Shown in pieces: positions 29,216 through 40,050 of a stretch of DNA of 47,589 nucleotides. Position 1 is the stretch's first letter; every line of letters starts with the position of its first letter. A program made the position numbers and the translations under genes. The notes below the pieces were generated by a model. That model saw only the letters and a program-made list of their open reading frames with translations, had not been told where the DNA came from and did not search any database. Source of the stretch: a virus (lineage: Duplodnaviria > Heunggongvirae > Uroviricota > Caudoviricetes); the IMG/VR virus record IMGVR_UViG_2706794673_000013; one strand, 5' to 3'.

Positions 29216-29977
29216 ATGAAACTGAAAACGGTCGAGATTAACGGAAAACAATACGCAGAAATTGATACTGCTGGCCTGCCAGTTTATGTGCACGACGATG
29301 GTAAAGAAATTGGCTTCGATGCACCGCTGGCGACAAAAAAAATTACAGAGCTTAATGGCGAGGCAAAAAATCATCGCCTGGCTAAAGAAGCTGCAGAGGA
29401 NNNNNNNNNNNNNNNNNNNNNNNNNNNNNNNNNNNNNNNNNNNNNNNNNNNNNNNNNNNNNNNNNNNNNNNNNNNNNNNNNNNNNNNNNNNNNNNNNNNN
29501 NNNNNNNNNNNNNNNNNNNNNNNNNNNNNNNNNNNNNNNNNNNNNNNNNNNNNNNNNNNNNNNNNNNNNNNNNNNNNNNNNNNNNNNNNNNNNNNNNNNN
29601 NNNNNNNNNNNNNNNNNNNNNNNNNNNNNNNNNNNNNNNNNNNNNNNNNNATCCCGGCAGATTTATTACAAGCCCGCTTCGGGCAGGCATTCAAAGTGGA
29701 AGAAGGGAGGATCGTTGCTTATGACGCTTCCGGCAACAAAATTTATTCCCGCGCGAAGCCTGGCGAACTGGCGCAGTTTGATGAGGCGCTGGAGTTCCTT
29801 GTCGAAAATTACCCTCAGAAAGACTACATCCTGAAAGCCAGTGGCAACAATGGCGGCGGCTCCCGTCCGACACAGCATGATATTGGTCAGAAAACGATGA
29901 AACGCTCTGCTTTTGATGCACTGGATGTTGCAGGTAAGCAAAACGCATTGAAAGACGGTATCACAATCGTTGATTAA
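29216..29977 (+). CDS. Putative head scaffolding protein (interrupted by N run 29401-29650)
   Basis: ORF from ATG 29216 (MKLKTVEINGKQYAEID...) located between head morphogenesis and capsid genes; middle part masked so frame continuity is unverified. Confidence 0.45.
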   Translation: MKLKTVEINGKQYAEIDTAGLPVYVHDDGKEIGFDAPLATKKITELNGEAKNHRLAKEAAEXXXXXXXXXXXXXXXXXXXXXXXXXXXXXXXXXXXXXXXXXXXXXXXXXXXXXXXXXXXXXXXXXXXXXXXXXXXXXXXXXXXXIPADLLQARFGQAFKVEEGRIVAYDASGNKIYSRAKPGELAQFDEALEFLVENYPQKDYILKASGNNGGGSRPTQHDIGQKTMKRSAFDALDVAGKQNALKDGITIVD

Positions 29978-30075
29978 CACATTTGTCAGCTTCCGGATGG
30001 GAGCTGGTGTCAGGGCTGGATAGCTCATTACTCCATCTATTCACAATTACGCAAATTTTTAAGGAATATTTAATT

Positions 30076-31215
30076 ATGGCTGGAAATACCCTGACCGGGT
30101 TGATCCCGACTATTTATACCGCCCTGGATGTTGTATCCCGTGAGCAGGTAGGTTTTATCCCTGCGGTAGCAAAAAACGCAAAAGCTGACGCCGCAGCAAA
30201 AGATCAGACGGTAACCGCGCCAGTTGCGCCTGAGGCGAAAACCGAAGATATCGTACCGGGGCCGTCAGCTCCGAATACCGGTGATCAAAATATTGGCACT
30301 GTTGATGTAAAAATTACTAAATCCAAAATGGCACCGGTTAAATGGAATGGTGAAGAACAACTGGCTCTTGGCCCTTCAGGGACTTACAACACCATTCTGG
30401 CTGATCAGTTCAAGCAGGCTTTTCGCGCCCTTGCAAACGAGGTTGAGGCTGATCTTGGTGCGTTGTATTTCGGTGCTTCCCGCGCCGTGGGAACCGCAGG
30501 GACAACGCCGTTTGGTGTTAAAGATGATCTTTCTGATGCTGCTCTGGCTCGTCAGGTTCTGGAGGATAACGGCGCACCGACAACCGATCTGCAGATGGTG
30601 CTTGGCTCCACTGCCATTGCTAATTTGCGCGGAAAACAGTCTGTATTGTTTAAAGTGAATGAATCCGGCACTGAACAGCTACTGCGTGAGGGCGTGTTGG
30701 GGCGTCTGGAGGGATTCAATATTCACAGTTCGGCAGGTGTGAAACGAGCGCCAAAGGTTGCTGCAACTGGTTATCTCGTGAATGGAGAGAAAAAAGAAGG
30801 CGATGTTCTTATTTCCATTGATACTGGTTCGGGGAGTATTTCTGCAGGTCAGATTGTTACGTTCGCTGGTGATCCGAATCAGTATGTTGTGGCAGCAGCG
30901 ACCAGCAATCTGATTACTCTTGCAGCGCCCGGACTGCGTCAGGATCTGGCCGATGATACTGCCATCACAGTTGTTGGGGCCTTTACTGCAAATATGGCGT
31001 TTGATCGCAACGCGTTTCTGCTGGCATCCCGTACTCCGGCAATGCCGGAAGGTGGCGATAATGCTGATGATGTAATGAATGTTACGGACCCGATTTCAGG
31101 GATTACGTTCCAGATTGCACTGTATCGTCAGTATCGCCAGGTGCGCTATGAAGTTGGACTGGCATGGGGTGTTTCATCAGTGAAGCCGGCACATGGTTGT
31201 CTGATTCTTGGTTAA
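30076..31215 (+). CDS. Major capsid protein
   Basis: 379-aa product from ATG 30076 with SD TAAGGAA; Ala/Gly/Thr-rich composition, followed by a strong terminator. Confidence 0.75.
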   Translation: MAGNTLTGLIPTIYTALDVVSREQVGFIPAVAKNAKADAAAKDQTVTAPVAPEAKTEDIVPGPSAPNTGDQNIGTVDVKITKSKMAPVKWNGEEQLALGPSGTYNTILADQFKQAFRALANEVEADLGALYFGASRAVGTAGTTPFGVKDDLSDAALARQVLEDNGAPTTDLQMVLGSTAIANLRGKQSVLFKVNESGTEQLLREGVLGRLEGFNIHSSAGVKRAPKVAATGYLVNGEKKEGDVLISIDTGSGSISAGQIVTFAGDPNQYVVAAATSNLITLAAPGLRQDLADDTAITVVGAFTANMAFDRNAFLLASRTPAMPEGGDNADDVMNVTDPISGITFQIALYRQYRQVRYEVGLAWGVSSVKPAHGCLILG

Positions 31216-31225
31216 ACATTCAAAC

Positions 31226-31246
31226 GGGGCTTCGGCCCCATTTTTA
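31226..31246 (+). terminator. Intrinsic terminator after major capsid gene (UUCG tetraloop)
   Basis: GGGGC-TTCG-GCCCC hairpin followed by ATTTTT. Confidence 0.6.
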
Positions 31247-31257
31247 ATGGGGGGCAT

Positions 31258-31434
31258 ATGGCCGGATTAACTAAAGAGCAAAGAGCACAGCGTGAAGCCG
31301 CACAAAAAACGCAAATTGAGTTAGTGGTTATGGTGACCGATTATCAGATGTTTCCCGGCGCACCAACTATCGCTAATGTTCATCCTGATGAAGTTGACAA
31401 CTGGAAGGCTATGGGCTGGAAAACTCAGGAGTAA
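31258..31434 (+). CDS. Small hypothetical protein (58 aa) between capsid and connector genes
   Basis: Manually found ORF MAGLTKEQRAQREAAQKTQIELVVMVTDYQMFPGAPTIANVHPDEVDNWKAMGWKTQE, below the track cut-off; stop is 3 nt before next gene. Confidence 0.35.
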   Translation: MAGLTKEQRAQREAAQKTQIELVVMVTDYQMFPGAPTIANVHPDEVDNWKAMGWKTQE

Positions 31435-31437
31435 CAC

Positions 31438-31833
31438 ATGATCACTTACGTGACCTGTGATGACGTTGATAATGCGTTTGGGAACGCCTGGACGAGTGAG
31501 AACGCTAAAAATAAAGCTGTTTTAATGGCTAATGCCTGGCTTAATGGCTTCAACCTGAAAATTAACCCATCCCGTATTCCGGAAGAGGTAAAACTTGCGG
31601 GAGCATATGCAGCCAGAATTGCCTCATTCGGTAAGTTGTTTCAGCAGAAAAATGATTCTGGCGTTGTTATCAGTAAAGCCGTGTCGGCTGACGGGGTCAG
31701 TGTATCGAAATCATTTTCTGAGTTGCCAGCAAACAGCACTGCATTGCTTGAACCCGATTTACAGCTTGCGATAGCACTGCTGAAACCGTACGGACTTAGT
31801 CGCTCACAAGTCAGGGTTGTGAGGGGGGGATAA
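31438..31833 (+). CDS. Putative head-tail connector protein
   Basis: 131-aa ORF in the first head-tail joining position after the capsid gene; call by position only. Confidence 0.45.
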   Translation: MITYVTCDDVDNAFGNAWTSENAKNKAVLMANAWLNGFNLKINPSRIPEEVKLAGAYAARIASFGKLFQQKNDSGVVISKAVSADGVSVSKSFSELPANSTALLEPDLQLAIALLKPYGLSRSQVRVVRGG

Positions 31834-32216
31834 TGGGGCTTCGTGAAGAGATTCAGTCAGAGGTTGCCGCTGCTTTTGATGAGGATTTAGCGGACGCCGT
31901 GAGTGATTTTTCTGGTTCTTACGTTACGCACCGGCACTGGGATCCTGTGACGGAAACTGGCGGCGAATCAACCGCAATCTATACCGGGCGAGGCGTGTTG
32001 ACACGTTATAAGCTGGGCAGAATTGATGGGATTAATATTTTGCATGGTGACCTTAAATTAACCGCTCTGGTATGCGAGGTTACGGATAAACCAGCTGTCG
32101 ACCATATTATTGAGATTTATGATCCTGTATCAAGGCAGTTACAACGATACGAGGTAATTACAGCAAGTGTAGATCCTTCCGCATCAGTTTACTCTATCCA
32201 GTTAAGGAGAGCGTAA
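31833..32216 (+). CDS. Putative head-tail joining/head closure protein
   Basis: 127-aa ORF with ATG overlapping upstream stop. Confidence 0.45.
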   Translation: MGLREEIQSEVAAAFDEDLADAVSDFSGSYVTHRHWDPVTETGGESTAIYTGRGVLTRYKLGRIDGINILHGDLKLTALVCEVTDKPAVDHIIEIYDPVSRQLQRYEVITASVDPSASVYSIQLRRA

Positions 32217-32597
32217 ATGGCAAAGGCATGGGATATAGAACCGTCAATATTTGCCGGGATGATTGAGGAAGATGTAGGGCTGAAGATTCGCTACATCGCT
32301 ATGCAGATTCTTACTGCTATTGATATTGCTGCTCCGGTTGATACCGGACGTTTCAGAAATAACAACCTGGTGTCGTTACAGCATCCCGATTTTGGTATAT
32401 CTGATAACGTGGATCCGAACGGTACGATTGCTGTTCAGCGTGGGATCGGGGTTATTTCGAAAGCTGCAAATTACGGGGTTATTTATATCCAGAATAACCT
32501 TCCTTATGCAGAGGCTCTTGAAAACGGTCATTCACAACAAGCGCCAACTGGCGTGTATGCCAACGCTTTTCATGGTGTTTTACAGGCTTACAAATGA
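32217..32597 (+). CDS. Putative neck/tail completion protein (HK97 gp10-like position)
   Basis: 126-aa ORF in the neck gene block. Confidence 0.45.
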   Translation: MAKAWDIEPSIFAGMIEEDVGLKIRYIAMQILTAIDIAAPVDTGRFRNNNLVSLQHPDFGISDNVDPNGTIAVQRGIGVISKAANYGVIYIQNNLPYAEALENGHSQQAPTGVYANAFHGVLQAYK

Positions 32598-33088
32598 AGT
32601 TTACTGAAATCAGAAATACGGTTATTTCCAGAATGACGGCACAGACGATTATTGATGGAAAAGACGTATTGTATCCGAACGGGCCAACGTTCGATCCTTC
32701 CGGTAAGTTAATCTGGGCGCGGTTAAGTANNNNNNNNNNNNNNNNNNNNNNNNNNNNNNNNNNNNNNNNNNNNNNNNNNNNNNNNNNNNNNNNNNNNNNN
32801 NNNNNNNNNNNNNNNNNNNNNNNNNNNNNNNNNNNNNNNNNNNNNNNNNNNNNNNNNNNNNNNNNNNNNNNNNNNNNNNNNNNNNNNNNNNNNNNNNNNN
32901 NNNNNNNNNNNNNNNNNNNNNNNNNNNNNNNNNNNNNNNNNNNNNNNNNNNNNNNNNNNNNNNNNNNNNNNNNNNNNNNNNNNNNNNNNNNNNNNNNNNN
33001 NNNNNNNNNNNNNNNNNNNNNNNNNNNNNNNNNNNNNNNNNNNNNNNNNNNNNNNNNATCGCGCGCTCTAGCGCAATTAATGACATAG
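32594..33088 (+). CDS. Putative tail terminator/tail component (interrupted by N run 32730-33057)
   Basis: ORF beginning MKFTEIRNTVISRMTAQTIIDGKDVLYPNGPTFDPSGKLIWARLS then masked; boundaries uncertain. Confidence 0.3.
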   Translation: MKFTEIRNTVISRMTAQTIIDGKDVLYPNGPTFDPSGKLIWARLSXXXXXXXXXXXXXXXXXXXXXXXXXXXXXXXXXXXXXXXXXXXXXXXXXXXXXXXXXXXXXXXXXXXXXXXXXXXXXXXXXXXXXXXXXXXXXXXXXXXXXXXXXXXXXXSRALAQLMT

Positions 33089-33097
33089 GAGGCTCCT

Positions 33098-33526
33098 GTG
33101 AGTTCAGGTGCAAAGGTTATCTCGGCATTTATCCGGGAGACGGTTGCAGGCACTACGCCAGCAAGTGGTGACTGGAGTTTATTAAAACGCACAAGCTGGG
33201 GAGTAAAACCCNNNNNNNNNNNNNNNNNNNNNNNNNNNNNNNNNNNNNNNNNNNNNNNNNNNNNNNNNNNNNNNNNNNNNNNNNNNNNNNNNNNNNNNNN
33301 NNNNNNNNNNNNNNNNNNNNNNNNNNNNNNNNNNNNNNNNNNNNNNNNNNNNNNNNNNNNNNNNNNNNNNNNNNNNNNNNNNNNNNNNNNNNNNNNNNNN
33401 NNNNNNNNNNNNNNNNNNNNNNNNNNNNNNNNNNNNNNNNNNNNNNNNNNNNNNNNNNNNNNNNNNNNNNNNNNNNNNNNNNNNNNNNGGAGCGCAGGTT
33501 GGCTCATGGAAAATGCAGATCCCTAA
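33098..33526 (+). CDS. Putative tail structural protein (interrupted by N run 33212-33488)
   Basis: ORF beginning MSSGAKVISAFIRETVAGTTPASGDWSLLKRTSWGVKP then masked; boundaries uncertain. Confidence 0.3.
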   Translation: MSSGAKVISAFIRETVAGTTPASGDWSLLKRTSWGVKPXXXXXXXXXXXXXXXXXXXXXXXXXXXXXXXXXXXXXXXXXXXXXXXXXXXXXXXXXXXXXXXXXXXXXXXXXXXXXXXXXXXXXXXXXXXXXSAGWLMENADP

Positions 33527-34094
33527 CGACGGCGATATTACAGCGACCGTAACCTTTGCCGGACTGGACTGGGAATCAAAGGCCGATGATACGAATTTTA
33601 TCAAAGGCGAACCTGTGGATAGTGCAGGAAAGCTACGTTATTCGTTTAAGGAGGTTTCAGCAGTAAGCCTGAATGGTGTTGCCGGAGGTAACGGTTTTTG
33701 TATCGACAGTTTTGATATTCAGTTCGATAACAAACTCCAGACACAGCGTTGTATCGGGACTGGCTCGCCTTATGCAGGAGCAAATATTCCGACTACTTTT
33801 ACACCGTCCGGTACGGTGACGCTTTCATGGTCTAAAGCCGCGTGGGAAATCTGGAGTAAAACACTGACTGGAGAAACAGTTCCGTTCAGCTTCACGCTTT
33901 CGAATGGAGAGGGGGCATACACTTTCAGTTTCCCGAAGGTTCAGGTGTCAGGTGAATGGCCTGATGGGGGTAATAGCGACATTATCCAGGTTCAATTGAG
34001 CATTACCGCAGCAGATGAAGCACCTACGATAACCAGAAAAAAAAATTCCCCGGCTGCCGTGATCGCAAAAGCCAGTGCTGAGGCGATTAGTTGA
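33513..34094 (+). CDS. Putative major tail (tube) protein
   Basis: 193-aa ORF immediately upstream of the tail assembly chaperone pair; start may lie in masked sequence. Confidence 0.5.
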   Translation: MQIPNDGDITATVTFAGLDWESKADDTNFIKGEPVDSAGKLRYSFKEVSAVSLNGVAGGNGFCIDSFDIQFDNKLQTQRCIGTGSPYAGANIPTTFTPSGTVTLSWSKAAWEIWSKTLTGETVPFSFTLSNGEGAYTFSFPKVQVSGEWPDGGNSDIIQVQLSITAADEAPTITRKKNSPAAVIAKASAEAIS

Positions 34095-34142
34095 TTTTCC
34101 GTTATTCCTCCTGTGGTACTGCCCTACAGGGGGACGCATTGA

Positions 34143-34604
34143 ATGAGGTTATGGATGTTTATTCTTAATCAGAAAATTATCATTGGTGGAGAACGCTGGT
34201 TTACGCCAATGAAGGACTTAAAACCTGTAGACGGGTTAAAACTGTTGGTGGCAAGCAGCGATAACGATCAGTATCGCTCCCGTAATGCATTAATCCGTCG
34301 CCACATTGAGAAAATGGATGCCAGTTTGCACGTCGGAACGAAGGAGTTTGATATTTCAAAGGTTTCCGAGGTGGATTCTGTTGATGATTTACTCATTGAT
34401 AATGCCGCTCGTTATCTGCTGAAAGACTGGAAAGGGGTTGGTGAACTGGTTAATGGTGTTGAGGTTGCACTGGAATATACGGCAGAACGAGGGATCGCGC
34501 TGCTTAAGCAGAATCCAGAGTTGTACTGGCAGATCCTTGCAGAAGCAGCCAGCATCGCCCAGGGTAAAGAGCAGCAGAAGCAGGATACGATAAAAAAGCC
34601 ATAG
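34143..34604 (+). CDS. Tail assembly chaperone (lambda G-like)
   Basis: 153-aa ORF just upstream of tape measure gene; ends ...DTIKKP with slippery heptamer A_AAA_AAG two codons before its stop; alternative start at 34155. Confidence 0.65.
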   Translation: MRLWMFILNQKIIIGGERWFTPMKDLKPVDGLKLLVASSDNDQYRSRNALIRRHIEKMDASLHVGTKEFDISKVSEVDSVDDLLIDNAARYLLKDWKGVGELVNGVEVALEYTAERGIALLKQNPELYWQILAEAASIAQGKEQQKQDTIKKP

Positions 34605-34912
34605 CTGCCCAGCGGTGGTTATCGGAGTTCGGGGGAGAAAGGGGGGAAAAGGCAAGATGGAAGCGAGAAAAACTCAGGTTGCCACCGATACCGGAACCAG
34701 AAATAGACCCGGTGCTTAAGGAGTTGTTGTACGCCTATTCGGTAATATCCCGTGCCCGACGTTATGCTGGAATGGCTGGGGTGCCTTTGCCTTTATCTCT
34801 GACAGAGATAAATGAATATTTAGCCACTCATCCGGTATTGATTGAGCGCGATGAATTTGAAGCAGTGATCTTTGCACTGGATGACCAGTATTTTCAGGAG
34901 CAGTGTGTGTAG
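34143..34912 (+). CDS. Tail assembly chaperone frameshift product (GT-like) via -1 shift at A_AAA_AAG
   Basis: The -1 frame is open from the slippery site through to the stop at 34910-34912 (manual translation ...DTIKK|KAIAAQRWLSEFGGERGEKARWKREKLRLPPIPEPE...QCV). Confidence 0.5.
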
Positions 34913-35033
34913 TTGTTAATTACGTACACTCTGTTACAGAGATGTGATGGTGTCTTTAATTAAATCGATGATGCTCCTGGAGAAAAGCATTGCGTGGCCT
35001 CGTAATCGCTATATCTACTATTATGTCGCCTGA

Positions 35034-35057
35034 AACCCACTTCGCGGTGGGTTTTTT
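35034..35057 (+). terminator. Hairpin plus T-run upstream of tape measure gene (possible attenuator)
   Basis: Stem AACCCAC / GTGGGTT with TTCGCG loop followed by TTTT. Confidence 0.45.
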
Positions 35058-35077
35058 GTTGTCAGGAGTTTTAATAA

Positions 35078-38000
35078 ATGGCAGAGCAAACCTCGCGTCT
35101 CGCAATAATTATTGATAGCACTGGAGCGAAAAATAATGCTGACAATCTGACCTCCTCATTAGTCAAAATGACGCAGGCTGGGGAAACTGCTGCAAATAGC
35201 GCAGGGAAAGTGACTAAGGCAACAGAAGATGAGAAGAACGCGCTCGCAAAATTAAAAGCAGCTATTGATCCAGTTGGTGCCGCAATTGATACTGTCGGTC
35301 GACGCTATTCTGAATTAAAGAAATTTTTCGATAAAGGGCTTATTGATAAAGAAGAATATGAATTTCTTGTCCGTAAACTTAATGAAACCACAGAGGAATT
35401 GAGCGGGGTTGCGCAAGCGCAGAGAGAAGCCGAGAAGGCCGGAAAACTTGCTGCCGCCCAGCAGGAAGCGCAGGCTCAGGCCTTTCAAAGAATGCTGGAC
35501 AAGATCGACCCTCTGGCTGCGGCGCTAAGAAATCTTGAACAACAGCATGATGAACTTAATGCTGCGTTTGCATCCGGGAAAATAAATGGTTCTCAGTTTG
35601 AGAATTATAGCCGAAAAATACAGGAAACACGGCGAGAGCTTACCGGAGAGGCTCAGGCAGAGCGAGAAGCAGCAAAAGCGCATGATGAACAGGTTGTTGC
35701 TTTGCAACGTCTGATTGCTCAACTTGATCCTGTCGGAACTGCTTTTAATCGTCTGGTAGAACAACAGAAACAGCTCAATGAAGCAAAAGCTAAGGGGATG
35801 CTTTCTCCTGAAATGTATGAGGAGCTTTCTGGAAAACTTCGTGCTATGCGGAGTGAGCTTGAGGTTACTCAATCACAATTAAGCAAAACCGGAATGTCGG
35901 CAAAACAAACGGCTTTTGCTATGCGCATGTTGCCTGTACAAATGACGGATATTGTTGTTGGGTTGTCCACTGGTCAGTCGCCATTTATGGTGTTAATGCA
36001 GCAGGGCGGCCAGCTAAAAGATATGTTCGGTGGGATTGGCCCGGCGATCAAAGGTGTAGGTTCTTATGTGCTGGGATTAATTAATCCTTTTACCCTGGCC
36101 GCAGCAGCCGTTGGGGTCTTAGGACTGGCTTACTATAAAGGCTCTCAGGAGCAGGACGAATTTAATAAATCTCTTATTCTTACCGGAAATCAGTTGGGGA
36201 CAACCAGCGGGCAATTGGGCGATATAGCTCAACGTGCCGGGAATGCGGCTGATTCGACAACTGGTGCTGCGGCGGCAGTATTAAATCAGCTTGTGCGTTC
36301 GGGAAAGGTAGCGAGCAGTTCGCTGGAGCAAGTGACGACAGCGATAGTAAAAACGAGCGAAGTAACAGGAATATCAACCGAACAACTGGTTAATGACTTC
36401 AATGAAATTGCAAAGGATCCTGTCAGTGCCATATCAAAACTTAATGATCAGTACCATTTTCTGACACTTGCGACTTATAACCAGATTAAGGCGCTACAGG
36501 ATGAAGGGAACCAGCAGGAGGCCGCCCGCATTGCGACAGAAGAATACTCATCCTCAATGATCCAGCGCACCAACCAGATTAAAGAAAATCTTGGTTATCT
36601 TGAGACTGCATGGAAAGCTGTCGCAGACTCCGCAAAATGGGCATGGGATTCCATGCTGGATATTGGCCGTGAGGCCTCCCTTGATCAAAAAATCTNNNNN
36701 NNNNNNNNNNNNNNNNNNNNNNNNNNNNNNNNNNNNNNNNNNNNNNNNNNNNNNNNNNNNNNNNNNNNNNNNNNNNNNNNNNNNNNNNNNNNNNNNNNNN
36801 NNNNNNNNNNNNNNNNNNNNNNNNNNNNNNNNNNNNNNNNNNNNNNNNNNNNNNNNNNNNNNNNNNNNNNNNNNNNNNNNNNNNNNNNNNNNNNNNNNNN
36901 NNNNNNNNNNNNNNNNNNNNNNNNNNNNNNNNNNNNNNNNNNNNNCCGGGAGCAGCAGAGAGCTAGTGAACTTGCAAAACTGGAAAAGCTAAAGAATCAG
37001 TATTCAAAGGAAGAATATAATAATCTTATCGCTCAAATAAATGAGCGTTATAAAGATCCAAAGCAACCAAAGGCGAAAGGTTATTCTGATGATGCAGCCC
37101 AACGAATGATTGATCATCTGAATCAACAGAATGCGTTACTAAGTTCACAAGCTGAGTTGACCGTTAAATTAAGTTCCTCTGAACAGGAACTGGTTAAGTG
37201 GCGTCAGCGGATTGCCGACCTAGAGTCACGACCATCATCGAAATTAACCCAGGATCAGAAATCGCTTCTCTTACACCGGGAAGAAATAACCACGTTGATG
37301 GAGAAAAATGTTGCGATTGAAAAAAATAACAGGCTAATCAAGGAATCCGCCGAAATAACAGCATGGCGTGATTCATTGCAGGCTTCGATTGATAATCGTC
37401 AGCAGGGGTATGATATTCAGATTGCTGGTTATGGGGTTGGCGATAAAAATCAGCAACGCCAGCAGGAATTACTGCGGATTGAACATGGATATAACAATCA
37501 GCGTCTGCAACTTGAACGTGACTATGCAGATAAATCCCGTGGAATGTCAGATCATGTTTTTCAAGAGAAAATGCAGGCTCTGAATGATGCTCTGGAACGG
37601 GAAAAAGAAATTGTCAGACAGAAAAACGAGCAGCTCGATATTCAGGCAGGAGACTGGGTTAGTGGTGCCTCCCAGGGATTCAATAACTGGCTGGATGACA
37701 CTAAGGATATCAGTGAGCAGATAAAATCAACCACGACTCAGATGTTTGATGGGATGACCGATGCGCTGGGTGATTTTGTCACGACAGGCAAGGCAAATTT
37801 TCGTTCTTTCGCTACTTCCGTGATTTCGGATCTTAGTCGAATAGCATTAAAGGCTTCAATTACTGGGATTTTCGACAGCATTAGTAACAGTTCTTCTGGG
37901 GGGATTTTAGGAACTATCGGGAGTGCTATTAGTAAATTTATTCCGAATGCAAAGGGCGGTGTTTATGAGTCTCCGTCATTGAGCACGTATTCGAACGGTA

Positions 38001-38311
38001 TTTATGATTCCCCGCAATTTTTTGCTTTTGCAAAAGGGGCTGGTGTTTTTGGTGAGGCTGGACCGGAAGCCATTATGCCATTAACACGAACTTCCGATGG
38101 TTCTCTTGGTGTCAGAGCTATTAATAGTAAAAGTGGTAATGGAGGCGGAGATATTACCTATGCCCCTGTATACCAAATCACTATTCAAAATGACGGCCAG
38201 AATGGAGAGATTGGCCCTCAGGCAATAAAAGCACTTATGGGGATGGTTGATCAGCGGGTGCAGGGCAATCTGTTAAATATGCGACGTGATGGGGGAATGT
38301 TAAGTGGCTAA
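35078..38311 (+). CDS. Tail tape measure protein (interrupted by N run 36696-36945)
   Basis: 1077-aa ORF (by track) with long coiled-coil-rich N-terminal half; SD AGGAG; C-terminus ...[40 protein letters not shown]. Confidence 0.85.
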   Translation: MAEQTSRLAIIIDSTGAKNNADNLTSSLVKMTQAGETAANSAGKVTKATEDEKNALAKLKAAIDPVGAAIDTVGRRYSELKKFFDKGLIDKEEYEFLVRKLNETTEELSGVAQAQREAEKAGKLAAAQQEAQAQAFQRMLDKIDPLAAALRNLEQQHDELNAAFASGKINGSQFENYSRKIQETRRELTGEAQAEREAAKAHDEQVVALQRLIAQLDPVGTAFNRLVEQQKQLNEAKAKGMLSPEMYEELSGKLRAMRSELEVTQSQLSKTGMSAKQTAFAMRMLPVQMTDIVVGLSTGQSPFMVLMQQGGQLKDMFGGIGPAIKGVGSYVLGLINPFTLAAAAVGVLGLAYYKGSQEQDEFNKSLILTGNQLGTTSGQLGDIAQRAGNAADSTTGAAAAVLNQLVRSGKVASSSLEQVTTAIVKTSEVTGISTEQLVNDFNEIAKDPVSAISKLNDQYHFLTLATYNQIKALQDEGNQQEAARIATEEYSSSMIQRTNQIKENLGYLETAWKAVADSAKWAWDSMLDIGREASLDQKIXXXXXXXXXXXXXXXXXXXXXXXXXXXXXXXXXXXXXXXXXXXXXXXXXXXXXXXXXXXXXXXXXXXXXXXXXXXXXXXXXXXXREQQRASELAKLEKLKNQYSKEEYNNLIAQINERYKDPKQPKAKGYSDDAAQRMIDHLNQQNALLSSQAELTVKLSSSEQELVKWRQRIADLESRPSSKLTQDQKSLLLHREEITTLMEKNVAIEKNNRLIKESAEITAWRDSLQASIDNRQQGYDIQIAGYGVGDKNQQRQQELLRIEHGYNNQRLQLERDYADKSRGMSDHVFQEKMQALNDALEREKEIVRQKNEQLDIQAGDWVSGASQGFNNWLDDTKDISEQIKSTTTQMFDGMTDALGDFVTTGKANFRSFATSVISDLSRIALKASITGIFDSISNSSSGGILGTIGSAISKFIPNAKGGVYESPSLSTYSNGIYDSPQFFAFAKGAGVFGEAGPEAIMPLTRTSDGSLGVRAINSKSGNGGGDITYAPVYQITIQNDGQNGEIGPQAIKALMGMVDQRVQGNLLNMRRDGGMLSG

Positions 38312-38642
38312 TACGGAAGAATTTCACTGGTTACCAGAGGATGGAATGAAAACAGAAAATAAACCATCGATAAAAACTGTAAGATTTGGTGATGGTTATG
38401 AGCAACGAAGTCCAAATGGACTTAATCATTCTCTGCGCGTTTTCACCTGTGATTTCAAAGTTGAGGCGAATGAACGTGATTCATTTGAAAAATTTTTAGC
38501 CCGGCATGAAGGCTATAAATCTTTTTTTTGGCGCCCGCCGGGTATTAACAGAAAAATCAGAGTGGTGTGTCGAACGTGGTCAGCGACAGAACATATCACC
38601 TATACCGATTTTTCGTGTCAGTTTGACGAAGTGGTGATCTGA
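38304..38642 (+). CDS. Minor tail protein M-like (divergent copy)
   Basis: 112-aa ORF with M-family signature (VRFGDGYEQRSPNGLN ... FWRPP ... DFSCQFDEVV) but low identity to the second M copy at 39721. Confidence 0.6.
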   Translation: MANTEEFHWLPEDGMKTENKPSIKTVRFGDGYEQRSPNGLNHSLRVFTCDFKVEANERDSFEKFLARHEGYKSFFWRPPGINRKIRVVCRTWSATEHITYTDFSCQFDEVVI

Positions 38643-39227
38643 TGCAGGACATACAACAGGAAACGCTGAATGAATGCATTCGTGCGGAGCAGTCGGCCAG
38701 CGTGGTGCTCTGGGAAATCGACCTGACCGAGGTAGGCGGGGATCGCTACTTTTTCTGCAATGAGCAGAACGAGAAAGGAGAGTCTGTCACCTGGCAGAGT
38801 CGGCAGTATCAGGCCTATCCCATTCAGGGGAGTGGATTTGAGATGAACGGCAAAGGTGCCAGTGCAAGGCCAACGCTGAAAGTCTCTAATCTGCACGGCA
38901 TGGTCACCGGGATGGCGGAAGACCTGCAGAGTCTGGTCGGCGGAACGGTGGTCAGGCGTAAGGTTTACGCCCGTTTTCTGGATGCGGTGAACTTCGTCAA
39001 CGGAAACAGTGACGCCGATCCGGAGCAGGAGGTGATCAGCCGCTGGCGTATTGAGCAGTGCAGCGAACTGAGCGCGGTCAGTGCCTCCTTTGTACTGTCC
39101 ACGCCGACGGAAACGGACGGCGCTGTTTTTCCGGGGCGCATCATGCTTGCTAATACCTGCACCTGGACCTATCGCGGTGATGAGTGCGGTTATCACGGTC
39201 CGGCTGTCGCGGATGAATATGACCAGC
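38642..39227 (+). CDS. Minor tail protein L-like (first copy; C-terminus lost in N run 39228-39495)
   Basis: Visible 195 aa are about 95% identical to the L gene at 40050-40748; DNA near-identical over 38940-39227 vs 40340-40627. Confidence 0.6.
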
Positions 39228-39495
39228 NNNNNNNNNNNNNNNNNNNNNNNNNNNNNNNNNNNNNNNNNNNNNNNNNNNNNNNNNNNNNNNNNNNNNNNNN
39301 NNNNNNNNNNNNNNNNNNNNNNNNNNNNNNNNNNNNNNNNNNNNNNNNNNNNNNNNNNNNNNNNNNNNNNNNNNNNNNNNNNNNNNNNNNNNNNNNNNNN
39401 NNNNNNNNNNNNNNNNNNNNNNNNNNNNNNNNNNNNNNNNNNNNNNNNNNNNNNNNNNNNNNNNNNNNNNNNNNNNNNNNNNNNNNNNNNNNNNN

Positions 39496-39724
39496 TGCGG
39501 AAGGTGGTTATGTGGGCGGTGCCGGAAGTCCGGCGCAGATGCGGCGGGCTGAAGGCATTAATTTTAATCAGAACAATCACGTGGTGATTCAGAACGACGG
39601 TACGAATGGTCTGCCAGGTCCACAGATGATGAAGGCCGTGTATGACATGGCCCGCAAGGGTGCCCGTGATGAAATTCAGACACAGATGCGTGATGGTGGC
39701 CTGTTCTCCGGAGGTGGACGATGA
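39496..39724 (+). other. Fragment encoding a tape-measure (H-like) C-terminal end
   Basis: Post-gap translation AEGGYVGGAGSPAQMRRAEGINFNQNNHVVIQNDGTNGLPGPQMMKAVYDMARKGARDEIQTQMRDGGLFSGGGR parallels the C-terminus of the tape measure ORF at 35078-38311. Confidence 0.4.
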
Positions 39725-40050
39725 AAACCTTCCGCTGGAAAGTGAAACCCGGTATGGATGTGGCTTCGGCCCCTTCTGTAAGAAAGGTGCGCTTTGGTGA
39801 TGGCTATTCCCAGCGAGCGCCTGCCGGGCTGAATGCCAACCTGAAAACGTACAGCGTGACGCTTTCTGTCCCCCGTGAGGAGGCCATGGTACTGGAGTCG
39901 TTTCTGGAAGAGCACGGGGGCTGGAAAGCCTTTCTGTGGACGCCGCCTTATGAGTGGCGGCAGATAAAGGTGACCTGCGCAAAATGGTCGTCGCGGGTCA
40001 GTATGCTGCGTGTTGAGTTCAGCGCAGAGTTTGAACAGGTGGTGAACTGA
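39721..40050 (+). CDS. M: Minor tail protein M (lambda-like)
   Basis: 109-aa ORF MKTFRWKVKPGMDVASAPSVRKVRFGDGYSQRAPAGLNANLKTYSVTLSVPREEA..., near-identical to lambda gpM as recalled. Confidence 0.9.
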   Translation: MKTFRWKVKPGMDVASAPSVRKVRFGDGYSQRAPAGLNANLKTYSVTLSVPREEAMVLESFLEEHGGWKAFLWTPPYEWRQIKVTCAKWSSRVSMLRVEFSAEFEQVVN

